Positions 48,131 to 60,435 of a stretch of DNA of 64,000 nucleotides are shown piece by piece. The translations under genes and the position numbers were made by a program. Source of the DNA: Rhizophagus irregularis (taxonomy: Eukaryota); the NCBI RefSeq assembly GCF_026210795.1, contig NC_089429.1, positions 1,178,001 through 1,242,000 of the forward strand. The letters are read 5' to 3'. The notes below the pieces were generated by a model that searched no databases, was not told the DNA's origin, and saw nothing but the letters and a program-made list of their open reading frames with translations. Within the stretch, counting starts at the first letter, position 1. Every line of letters begins with the position of its first letter.

Positions 48131-50649
48131 TCCCTTTCATCTTCTATTACTTTTCATCACTCCATTGTTATTTCATTTTTTTAGCATCTTTCTTCTTGAT
48201 CATTCATTTTTATTTATTGTTATTGTTTCTTTTATTTGTATCACTTCATTAAAAATAAATACAGTGATTTTTGTCTTTAAAATCGTAAATTTGCGACTTA
48301 AATTTTAATATTTGCAAATAAAATTTCATTAGATAAGATTATTTTGAACAAATATGTTCGCAAAAAAATTTTTTTTTAAAATATCTTTTGCGATAAAATA
48401 GCCGATCAAAAATTAGCTAAGTTAAAAAAAAATCAGCCGTCAGCCGATTAATAAATTTACTCTTTTATATATTGTACATCATGTGACATATTTGAAAAAA
48501 AACCCAGGCGATGTTTAGCAATTCCCTTTTTTTATATTCAGTTACTAAAATATACAACTTGCGGAGGACTTCTTGGAAATATAGTTAATACCATTGAATT
48601 TTATATTTATAAAAGTAAGGAAGTTAGCAACAATTTTTTTTCGGTGGTTCCATTTCTGTAGTTAGTGATACAGCAAGTTGCCACGGTTAGTGACGCGAAA
48701 CTTTAGTCACGTGATGATTGGGTCAACTACAAAGCATTTTTTTTTTTTTGTGAAAAAATTTTTTTTATTAGAAAATTAGAAAAAAATATATTTTTATGTT
48801 AGAAAATTAGAAAAAAAAGTGTTTTCTCGTTTCTTTATTAACATATAAGAGAAAAAGTATTTTTTTCGTTGATTCATTAGAAATTGTAAAAATTAATTTG
48901 TTTCTTATTAGAAAATTAGAAAAGAATTAATCTTTTTCTTTCAATTTTTTTTTATTAGAAACAAGTAAAAAAAAAGATAAAAAAAAAAATTTTTAAAAAA
49001 ATTGGAGTGATCTGTAGATAAAGCCCAATTATTTTTTACAATCATACATCGTATAGTAATTAAACAAAGGGAATATCATAACAATGTGGTATTTATTTTC
49101 TTGACAGAAAACTTGTAACTGTCAAATAAAAGTTTATGGATAATGCTAATAAAATCATTGCATTAGCTTCATTAAAAAGTAATTTGTAGACACAATTAAC
49201 AAAATTAAAAAAGTTTTATTTAATAACATTAAAAAAATTTAGCAAATACAATAAAGTAGATTACATCACAATCTCTTAACAACCATGTTAAATAATCTAT
49301 CTTGTTTCAAGTAAAAACATAAGGATGATTTTCTTTCTTACAATCAGGGTTGGGCATGATCCATAAGTAAAGGTAGGTGGGAAGAAATCGTTATGAAATC
49401 AATGACTTCCTAATGGTGGCAACAACAATTTTGCTCTGTATAAGTGGAACAGTGTAACTAAGTTCATATTAAATAAATCAAAATAGAAAAAAAAAATTAA
49501 CTCACACAAATTCCAAAATACCTACTCAAATTTCTCTGTTGTACATTTATCAATAAGAATTTATAAGTAGAATATCGGTTAAATGAACAGTCCAAATTTT
49601 ACTAGCTAGTAAATAGCATCATTGATTTATGACAATTTAATTTCCTGATAATGGATAAATAATTAAATATTAGATCTAATTATTTTTCATGTTTGTTTTT
49701 TTTTATTTTAGCACTTTGATGATCGAAGAAAAAAAAATAATCAACAAAAATTTTTTTTTATTATTAGGCCCCGAAATATATATGTAGGGGTAAGGTGCAT
49801 AATTACGTCGCCAGTATAAAGAAATTTTCGTACAACCTGAGGATTTTTTAGACTATTAAAATGCGTATTTTTAACAGGTTTTTTGTTTAAGGCGTATTTT
49901 TAGTAATTTGGCTGATCATATATATAATATCATGAGATAAATAAAAATAAATAACTATTAGTGCAAAAAATATGTAGCACTTTATTTAGTGCAAAAAAAT
50001 GTGTAATGCTTGTACATTTAATAAATACATTTATATAATTATGTGACATATAAAGTTATTAAATTTTTGTAAAAAAATTATTCTTTGATAAACGTTAAGT
50101 TTGATCAACAAAACAATAGGTAAATCACATGATGATCAGTGGTTAGGAAATTAATTTGCAATTATCAAAAGTAAGGAGGTAATTTTGTGTACTGAACTTA
50201 TAACAAACCCTTGCGTACAGCTATTAGTATTCATGATTTTTATTCTAATGATATTAGGAGAAGCAATATTGCATATTGCAATATTTTTATGTCAAAAGTG
50301 TATTGCTATGCAATTGCATATGCTATATGCTTTTTTTTACATAATAACAACTTTATCTTTTATTAAAAAGAATATCTATAGCAATATTTGTGTTGTGGCA
50401 TTTTCGAATTTATGAAAAAATGCTTGATGATCACACAACAAATAAGCATTAAGCATCAATTTAGAAAGCGATCGTCCTATAATCACCACATCAAGTATAC
50501 TATCGCGAAATTGGGAAGGATTCCGTTGATCAATGCATAATGGTTACAAAAAATTCCCAGTTATACAGCATACAATGAAATAAAGCGCTGAAAAAAAAAT
50601 TTTTTTTTTTTAATAAATATAATTTCTCTATTATTACTTAAATGAAAAA

Positions 50650-53600
50650 ATGACTTCAGTAAAAGGATGGATTGAGGAAAAGATAAAGAATGAGTATATT
50701 CGTTATTTTGAATATAATGAATTTAGTGAAATCACCGAAATTGGTAATGGAAGTTTCGGTGTAGTGAATAAAGCAATTTTGGCTAATACCGGATTGGTCG
50801 CACTAAAAATTATAATTAATAAAAATTCAAATGAACTTAATGAGGCTAATGATGAGATAGTCAAGGAGGTACAAATCACTTTTTTATGTTGTACAGTATA
50901 TTAGCTTAGTAAATACATATTAAAATTAATTTCTGTTTAATTTTTTTTTTATAGTTAAAACTCCTTCGCGAGGTTGATTATCATCCAAAAATCAATCGTT
51001 GCCTTGGAATAACAAAAGGTATATGTTAAGATTTTTTAAAAAATTTACTTGTACGGCTCAATCCAACTTATTCATATTTCAAAATTAATAGATTCTAAGA
51101 ACTATATTTTGGTGATGGAATATGCCAATGAAGGAAATTTAAGAGATTTTTTGAATAAAAAATTTACTTCTTTGAAATGGAGTGATCAAATTCAAATGGC
51201 ACTGGATATTACTAGTGGATTGAAATTTTTACACTCCAAAGAAATAATTCATAGAGACCTGGTAGAAGATTAATTTTTTTTTTTTATAATATTTTGTTTG
51301 TAATTTTATTTTTAATTATGATAATTTTAATAAATATTGCCAATCATTTTAATAGCACTCAAAAAATATCTTAGTGAATAATGGAAAGTTATTAATTGCA
51401 GACCTTGGATTATCTAAAAAATTGGCAGAAGTTACAACTAATTCATTGGGTAATAGAAAGGGGATGAATGAATATATTGATCCGCAATGTTTTAAGGATA
51501 GAAAGTATAAAAAGGATAAGAAGTCTGATATCTATAGTTTAGGTGTTTTATTATGGGAAATTTCAAGCGGACGTCCTCCTTTTTCTGACTGTATACGAGG
51601 TTTAATTGACTACTACGTTAAAAAAGGTGATAGAGAGGATACAATTGAAGGTACACCTCCAAAGTATAAAGATCTTTATCAACAATGTTGGGATGACGAA
51701 CCAAAATCAAGACCCAATATTGGAGAAGTACATGAAATTTTAAGTCAATTAATCACTATTGATCCACGATCTTTACAACCTAATATACACAATATTGATG
51801 ACAAAAGTAATTCAAAAGTTAACGATAATGATGATTTAAATATTTCCTCTGATTTTTCAAGTAGGTTTAATATATTAATTATATTGATTAATAAAATGAT
51901 TTTTTTAATAATAATTTAATTATTATAGTCAATACTTCGGCGGTTCCATTTATAAAATTTCTCCCTATAATTAAAGAAATTGAAAATATTTTTGAAGAAA
52001 TTACCGAATTAGTAAAAGCTGCTGAGCATAATAAACGAACCTGTAAAATATTAAAAAACCGAGTTGGTGCTGCAGTACGAGATCTTGGAGAAGATAGAAA
52101 AGAGTTTTTTAATAATAAAAATTATTCATGTTTACAAGATTTATCTGATACTATAACACGAATTAAAAAATTTATATCAGAAATTTCTCAAATGAAATCT
52201 TTGATAAAACATATTAAAGTGAAAAATATTGAGGAAACTTTTAAGAAATTATGTGAAGAATTTGATAGTTATATTAAAGTATTGTCTTTTTCTATTGACG
52301 TTAAGACTGCTGATGAACTTGGACAATTAAAAGCCGATCAAGATGATATAACTAAAGTGAGTTTAACAAATTGGGCTCTATTATACATATTTATATATAT
52401 GAGTATAAAAATTAATTATATTGTTTTTTAATAATTTTAGTATCTAAAAGAAATAGTGGCTAGTATAAAGCTCAAATTGAATTATGGATTATTCTTGAAT
52501 GGGTATAGCATAGAACCAAGTAAACAAGCTATATTTACTGAAAATGGAGAATTGAATATAAGTTTATATGAAGGTCAACCTCTAGTATATACTTTCATAA
52601 ACGATCGTAACTCACGTAAAAATTTATTGAGTTTTAATTCTGATGATAACGACGTTGAACTCGACGAACATTTACGACCATCAGATATATGTATTAATTT
52701 CCCTGTTGCCGAAATTACTTATATTGCTGATTTATCAGAATCTTTTTCAAATTTTATAGATGATGATAGAGGAAAGTTATATGAAATGTACGGTCATCTT
52801 TTTCCAAAAAAGGTTTTAATTGGTGGCAAATTATTTATCGATGGTCTTAAATCTGTTACTTCAACACAAATCGACATTTTTAACTCTTACCTAACTTGGG
52901 TATATAATTCTTCTAAACATAAAAAAGAAACCCCATTTAATAATTTATCTGCTTTTAATTTCTTCCCAAAAATATTAACATTGGATGGAATAACTTTAGA
53001 TACTCGTGAAAAATTTACCAATTGGGTGAATGATTTATACCGAGATGATACAGTTAAAATAATTTCTTATAATAATCTCATTCCAATTTCTCAATTAAAA
53101 TCCGACCCAATATCATTAATAAATGAGATACAACCTGGAGTTTCTAATTTTAAAGAGAAATTGACTTTAGAAAATTGGGCTAAAAATTCAAAATATGTAA
53201 GATGGGTTGAAGAATTTCAATTTCTTCGAGGTTTAATAATTGATCAAAGGTTTGAATTAAAAATTAGCAAGGAAAATGCTATCGAATTAATTAATATTCC
53301 TAATATAGAATCAAGTGATAAATTTTATATAAGAATAGTGAAGCCGACGACTACCTTAGAAGAAATTTTAATTAACAACCACATCTTTTCAGTTAATAAT
53401 AATGAAGATATAAGCTCCTCCTTCCCGTTTATTAAAGTATCAGATGATCCTAGTTATGATGATTTTGCACATTTTCTGGTAAAATGTGAACAATATAAAA
53501 TTTTATTAAATAGGGATAATATTAAACCTTCAGAAAAGTTTAAACAAGCTGTAGAGAAAGCACTTGAAGATATGAAACCGCTTATATGCTTACAAGAAGT

Positions 53601-56600
53601 TTTTGACGAATATGGACATTTTATTCCATTAAATATCATATTAGGAAAATCTCTTAGGAATACTATAGTAAATTCATCTAGCATTTCAAAAAAGATTGAT
53701 TTGGCATCACCAGTATTTGAATCCTTAAAACCGCTTTTATCTGATTATAGTATTAATTATCTTATAACTCAAAAAAAGCATACTATCGGAGAAAATGAAT
53801 TGTCTGAATGGATTCAAGATCTGAAGAACGAATTGGAAATAGAAATTATTGAATCCAATAATATAATTCCTTTATATAGTATTCTTGATGTAGAACAAAC
53901 GAAAAGAATAGACACCATTTTGAATAGGAAAGATAAATTTAAGATTATAATGACTGGAAGTATTGATTTAAAGGATTCAGATATTACTAAACAGGTGATT
54001 GTAAGTATAGAACCATCGTTAGATAATAAAAATTACGAGGTTTTTGGATCAATTGTTTCAAAAAACAATTCAAAATTGGATGATATTTTTGTTACATTTG
54101 GATTATATGAAATTAATGAATTTTTCGTGACAATAGATTCTTCAAAGAATACAAATATAAGTATAGAGGGATGTTATATTATATGGATGATAATCGGAAA
54201 TCCTTTAGAATTATCAGTATTTTATCCAAATAATCGAGAAATACAGGTCGATTATTTCAAGGAAACTATCACATTACAACGTGACAATCCTATCTATTCT
54301 ATTCAAACTTCTCATCAGTTATCTCAAGGATATGATATCTCTATTAAATGCTTTGAGCCTATAAATATTAAGTTAATCAGATGGTCAAAGAACTGTATTT
54401 ATTTGAATATTTCAAATTCAAGTATAGATTTCAATTCCACTCAATCTAATGTTGAAGTAACTGTTTGCACTCTATCTCATTCAGATCGTGAAAATACAAA
54501 GATTGATATTAACGGCAAGAAATATTCAATGGGATATATTTTAACTGAAAATAATCATGGGGAAGGTATGTTAATTTTTTTACAATCACAAATAATATGA
54601 ATTTTTTTAAACTTTCAAAAGTAATTGAATTTTTTTATAGAACCGCAGTTAAAACAAACAAACATACGAAGATATATAGACAACCAATACCCAATAAAAG
54701 GAGAGCTGAATGAATTAATAATGCTTAATAATAATCTAGAAGGTCATTTGGATTTATCCGATTTCATTAATTTAGAAAAATTACAATGTTCTAATAACAA
54801 ATTAACTAGTCTGGATATTAGTAAAAACGAAAAGTTAACCGTTATTGATTGTTCCCAAAACAATTTAATTAGGTTAGATCTAAGTAATTGTTTGAATATT
54901 AAATCTGTTACAGCTAATCATAATCAACTTAATGAGCTGAAACTACCTGCTATTATAAATAATGATAAATTGGAGTATTTAAATTTGCTCGATAATTCAT
55001 TTTCTCAGAATTTAAATTGTTTTAGCCGCTTAGTTAATTTAAAAGAACTATTCATAGGAAATACTGATGAAGATAGAATCAAACAAGGCATATATAACCG
55101 TTTTTATGGTAGTTTGAAACCCTTAAAACTTATAATTAAGTTGGAGAATTTATGTATTAATGATACTGATATAGATTCGGGTTTAGAATACTTACCTGAT
55201 AGTATTAAAAGTTTTCAATGCTCAGTTGATAAGAGACCAGAAGCCAAAGTTGTAAAAATATATGAACAACTCAAGACTTATTCTATAAGTTCTAGTGATG
55301 CTCTTCAAGGTAGATATAATTTGAAAGTATGGAAAAAAAATTGGAAATTAATTAAACAGAATGAAGCGATCCAAAATCAAATTAAACAAGTTGAAGAAGA
55401 GTTAAAGCTAGACGCTCAATTTACAGAACTTGAAAAAGAAGAAAGTAACTTAATTGCAAAAGAAGATGAATTGGTTAAAAAAAATATTAATTTAGAAGAG
55501 AAAAAATATTTGGAAGATTTAGTCAAGAAATTAAATGAAAAATTGGAACAGACCAAGCAGCAATTAGAAGAAAAAGAAAAAAAGCTAGAATCCTTTACTG
55601 TTATGGAAAAAGAAGTATTGCATAAAGAAATGCATGGCTTAATAGATGAGTTAGCAATCAAAGAAGAAAAAGTGAGCCAATCAGAAAAACAATTGGAAGA
55701 AACGACTAGAAAGTTGAAAGCTAAAGAAGACGAATCTACTAACTTGAAAAATGAATTAGAAAACATTAGATCATCATTATCTCAAATTGAGCATAAAAAA
55801 GTGAAATTAAATAATCTCAGAAAAAAATTAGACAACGAAAAAAGTTTTACTAAAACTGATGCGTCTGGACTGAGAAATCAAATGGATGACTTGAAAAAAG
55901 AAATACAATTGTTACAAAATCAAGCAGTAAAAGCTAAGGAAATAGAAAATGAACTTGAAAAGATCAAAAGAAACAGGGATGTCCTTCGAACCGAACAAAA
56001 TTCTCAACAAGACTTTATAATAAAACTTCAGAGAGATAAGAGTAATTTAGAAGAAGAACTTAAAACCCGTAAATACCAATTAAACTATAAACAAGAACTT
56101 ATTAATAAGATTATGCAACAAAATGAAGAGAAAATTAACGCTCTCAGTAATGAATTAGAAGAAAAAGAGGAACTTATTAATAAGCTCAAACAACAAAATG
56201 AGGAGAAAACTAATGTCTTGAAAAATAAAGAATGTTTTATTGATGAACTCCAGCAGCAAACTTATGAACTAAAGAGACAATTGAATGAAGAAACAGAAAA
56301 ATACCAAAATTTTCAAGGAAAAATAAAAGATTTACTTTCTCAAATTCAAACTCAACAAGTTGAGTTAAGTGAATTAGTCAATAATTTTAATAAAAAGCAT
56401 GAACCTGGTAAAAAAGGGATGCTTTTAGTGAATAATATTTTGGAAAAACAAAGAAATGTTATTCAGACTAATGACAATTCTGCTTCTGAAGAACTAGAGA
56501 AAATTAGACAGAAATTAATTAATGATTTTGATCTACCTGCAGAAGAAATTCAAGATATTCTATATAAGCAAGCAGAAAAAACTAAATTAGATATGCAATT

Positions 56601-56619
56601 CAAGACTTTGATAAATTAA
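50650..56619 (+). CDS. Multidomain ~1829-aa protein: TKL kinase, MLKL-like helical bundle, MACPF-like region, LRR, coiled coil
   Basis: Seven exons with GT-AG introns and consistent phases: 50650-50868, 50955-51018, 51092-51261, 51356-51860, 51929-52356, 52441-54565, 54641-56619 (5490 nt, no internal stop). Kinase motifs GNGSFG, VALK, HRDLHSKN, DLG, SDIYSLG; AEHNKRTCKILKNRV helical segment; YGHLFPKKVLIGG; LxxLxCxxNxLxxLD repeats; long E/K/Q heptads. Confidence 0.82.
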
Positions 56620-58480
56620 GAACCACATTAATATCACGCAGTCTTATAGGTCATTTATGTAGCATTTCTTTTTTCGTAGAAGTTTTTACTCAATAACGAT
56701 TCAACTTTTTTTTTCATTATATTATATTCAATTTATATTTTATTTAACGTATTTAACTATGTTTATTTGAATTATTTAATTAGTATTAACGCAATATTTT
56801 TTTTTTTTAAAAAAAAAATCAATAAAATTAATAAAATTTTGTAATTTCTGTATATTATAACGAAATTATTATTTATTTGTTCATTTATTTAGAAGTGGTT
56901 TAATAATAAAGAACTATTATTTGTCTTTTTACTTTCATTAATTACTTTATTATAAATAGTGCGTAATAATATGAAAAATAACAGGCAGTCAGTTTTTTGG
57001 TTTAACTTGATTGACCAAAGCAATTTAATTGGTTAATAAATGAAGTATTTTTCGGACCAAACATTAGATATATTATTAGTAATTATTTGGCATGTGTCTG
57101 TTCATTCAACCACCAGTTTCCTAAAGCGTAGTAGCTAAATATTTCCCTTGCTTGAAACAACTTCTATTGAACAAAATTACCGTGGTATATGCGTGAAAGA
57201 CTTACCAAACAAGATACCGAAAACGCCGTACATCAAATTTTTATACAAAACTTACGTCGACTTTATATTCCATGTGTACACAATTCAAGCTGTCAGCATC
57301 ACAATCACGAGACGTTGATGGTGTAACCATCACGTGTTTACTCGTCTAAATAAAATAAAAATAAAAAATTTCTCTATCATATAATTTAAATTAAATCTTT
57401 TACCATAATAATCTTTTTTATTGTATAGGTTAAACAATCCTTCCAAACATATATTAAATTTCGCAGAAAGTTTAATGCCTATACCATATAATTATTAAAG
57501 TTGACCAATCTAGAAGTAACTGGTTAGATATGGAATACATGGTTATGATCAGAAGATACGAAATAAAAAATCAACACAAGTTCGGTTTCGTGACTGCGAA
57601 CAGTAACAAGCGTGAAGCCTTTTACAAAAAGTATAAAAATATCAAATTTGATGTGGTTAAATCTCAAAGCACAAATTAAAAGGTGGAATAGTATTTCACG
57701 TTTCCATCTTGACATGAAAAACGATAAAGGAACATTTTTGTCCTGCTACTTCTGAATCTATTACTTCTCCCACACATCGGACTCCTGATGAACATATTAT
57801 CATCAAAAAAATTCAACATTACCGCATGAATTTTTAGCCACCTCCATCCTCTCCTTTCCCGGAACAAAAGCTTTAAAAAACAGGAAAAACCATCACCGTC
57901 TTTAAAGCAGCATATCGAAAGGCGGAATGGAAACAACAACAAGAGAATCTTATGAATGAACGTAAAAATTCTCTGGAAGCAATCTGGAAATTAGAAAATG
58001 AATAAGCCCACAAAGCTCGTTATAAAGAATGGCAAGCTATAAGAGAAGGAAGATCAACTTCAGTGCGAAAAACGCTTGAACAGACGCAAGAAATAAAATA
58101 AAAACTTGAGAGAAATTAGCAGCATTAAAAGCTCAAAAAGATCAACAATTTGATAACTCATCAGCGAATCATTCTATTCTGAATAAAGAGATAGATGATT
58201 CGTCAAATAATGATATGAATTTAGATCCGACACCTTCACCATCAGATTTGGCGAGGTCACCACCTCACCACACATTACCTACTTTACCTACTAACAACAT
58301 CAACGCATTTACATACGTCAATGATATATACAGTCAGGTGTAGTTACACCCTCATCTTAGTCACATTTTATATAAGAAATTTGCCTTCCATATAATCACT
58401 TTAAAACTTTCTCCCTATATAATCACAGCAAATCATATGATTAATATCATTTTGTGTGACGTGATGATCTATAAAATGTA

Positions 58481-59790
58481 CAGTGCCTGGAAATAAGTCA
58501 GTAAGCACGTGACTGTAGATCATTTATTTGTTTAACTTTAAAACCAGTTTTGTCGATCATTTTATTATAAATTTGTCTCCAATTTTTTCCCATGCGTTGT
58601 TTAGAACCTTCTTTAACTACTATGTCTTGCAAACGAAGAGAACTTACAATTTTTGAACGTGGAGAAGTCATTGGAGCTTGGAAATGTGGAGTAAGTGAAC
58701 GAAAGATAGCTGAAGCATTAAATTGTCCCAGTTGTACCATTCATAAGGTTATTTCTACTTACAAGATACGTGGTGATGAAACACTCCCTCCTAGGACTGG
58801 AAGACCGCCTAAAATGACAGAAAGGGATGGCCGACATTTAATAAGAATTCTTAAAAAAGATAGGAAAATGACCCTTCAGGAGTTACATGAGAATTTCGTT
58901 GATTCTACTTCCACACATGTATGCAAAAAAACTTTACTTAATTATCTTCATGAACAAGGTTTTTATAGTCGAGTAGGAGTAAGAAAACCTCTTGTTACTG
59001 AAACAAATAGAATTAAAAGACTCAACTGGGCCAAAGAACGAAAATTATGGATAAATGAGTGGGACAGTGTTATTTGGAGCGACGAATCCAAATTTGAATT
59101 ATTCAGAGGAAATGGTAGGAGATTGGTTTGGAGAAGGCCACATGAAAAATATGATATTGAGTGTTTAATACCTACAGTAAAGTCAGGTCAACAAGGAGTG
59201 ATGGTTTGGAGATGTTTTTCAAAAAACAATCTTGGTCCATTAGTTAAATTAGAAGGTAAAATAACAGCCACAGTATATATGAATGTACTGGAAAATTATT
59301 TATTACCATTTATTAATAATCTAGACGATCAGGAAAATTTTATTTTTCAGGATGATAATGCCCCTATACATACTGCAAGGGTGGTTAAGAGTTGGGAAGA
59401 AGAAAATGAAGTAAACAGCCTTCCTTGGCCCGCACAGAGCCCAGATTTGAATCCTATAGAGCATTTATGGGATGAATTGGAAAGGCAGGTGCGGGCACAT
59501 AAGCCATTACCAAAAAACAGGGAGAATTTATGGGAAATACTTCAAGAGGAATGGTCAAATATTGAAGCTGATAAATATCAAAATCTTATTAGTAGCATGC
59601 CTCGTCGTATCTCTGCTGTTATAAATAGTAAAGGTTACCCAACAAAGTATTAATAAAAAGTTGAAGGCTTTGTCTTTCAAATAAAAAAAGATATTAAATT
59701 TGGCGTAGTAATTTATGAATTATTTAATTTTAAAAATTCGCATTAAAATTGATCGACATCACGTGCTTACTGACTTTTTTCCAGGCACTG
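58481..59790 (+). mobile_element. Tc1/mariner DNA transposon, full length
   Basis: 32-bp TIRs CAGTGCCTGGAAA(T/A)AAGTCAGTAAGCACGTGA (one mismatch); TA TSD at 58479-58480 and 59791-59792. Confidence 0.95.
58592..59653 (+). CDS. Tc1-family DD34E transposase
   Basis: N-terminal HTH region, GRPPK linker, WSDESKF, FQDDNAPIH, SPDLNPIEHLW with 34 residues between the second D and E; start may be the ATG at 58622. Confidence 0.95.
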   Translation: MRCLEPSLTTMSCKRRELTIFERGEVIGAWKCGVSERKIAEALNCPSCTIHKVISTYKIRGDETLPPRTGRPPKMTERDGRHLIRILKKDRKMTLQELHENFVDSTSTHVCKKTLLNYLHEQGFYSRVGVRKPLVTETNRIKRLNWAKERKLWINEWDSVIWSDESKFELFRGNGRRLVWRRPHEKYDIECLIPTVKSGQQGVMVWRCFSKNNLGPLVKLEGKITATVYMNVLENYLLPFINNLDDQENFIFQDDNAPIHTARVVKSWEEENEVNSLPWPAQSPDLNPIEHLWDELERQVRAHKPLPKNRENLWEILQEEWSNIEADKYQNLISSMPRRISAVINSKGYPTKY

Positions 59791-60435
59791 TACGCGCAAT
59801 GAATAATTATGAGGCGCAGTTTTAAATTTAGGTTAAGTGTATAAATTTTATTTGTTATTTTAATAACTGCGGTCCGGAATGACGTTAAACTATCGATTAA
59901 AACATAAGGGATCGTCAATATTTATTAAATGAATGAGGCTTAGAAAAATTGAGGCTTAGGAAATATCAATAAATAGGATTAGATTTCATTTAAAGAATTA
60001 ATAATCCTTTTACCTTTATTATTATATTTCGATTCTTTTAGCCTTTTTCTTACGATGAAAAAGTGCCTCCTTAATATTGATAGAACGTATATGAAGGGAA
60101 ACTATCGCAGTTTAATTCTAAGATTTAATTCGATAGAAATTATTCATGAGGAGATATTATCAAAGTAAAAACGTAAGTATAAGATATTTCCAAATAAGAA
60201 GAAGAGAATAAAATTACGAATAAGGAAAACCTCAATTAGGAAAGAAGAATCATGATATAAAAAAATCCTTATTCAGAAATAAAATGAAAATCTAAAAATG
60301 GGAAATCTAAATTAGGAAAAGATGAAATAATATATTTGGAAGACATATAGATTTACAATTCAGTATAAATAGTGGATTAATTCGATTTAGAAAGTTCAGA
60401 ATCTCTTATAATTTTTAGAGTTAAAGTTAATATAG

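Larger units (their letters stand above)
44616..48526 (+). mobile_element. Mutator (MULE) DNA transposon, decayed
   Basis: TIR G(A/G)GAATTGCTAAACATCG(T/C)CTGGG at both ends; 9-bp TSD TTTTTTTAT at 44607-44615 and 48527-48535; internal transposase remnant. Confidence 0.85.

Noticed and set aside
47301..48308. 335-aa Phe/Leu/Ser-rich ORF that looks like a membrane protein
   Set aside because: It is the translation of T-rich sequence and a pyrimidine minisatellite inside a MULE element; TTG start and no domain motifs.
49260..49620. Minus-strand peptide fragments (CPNPDCKKENHPYVF)
   Set aside because: Too short and broken to assign a family.
57100..58330. Coding-like, GC-richer segment upstream of the Tc1 element
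   Set aside because: Fragmented frames with no motif I can assign; probably a decayed gene or element, but unsupported without a search.
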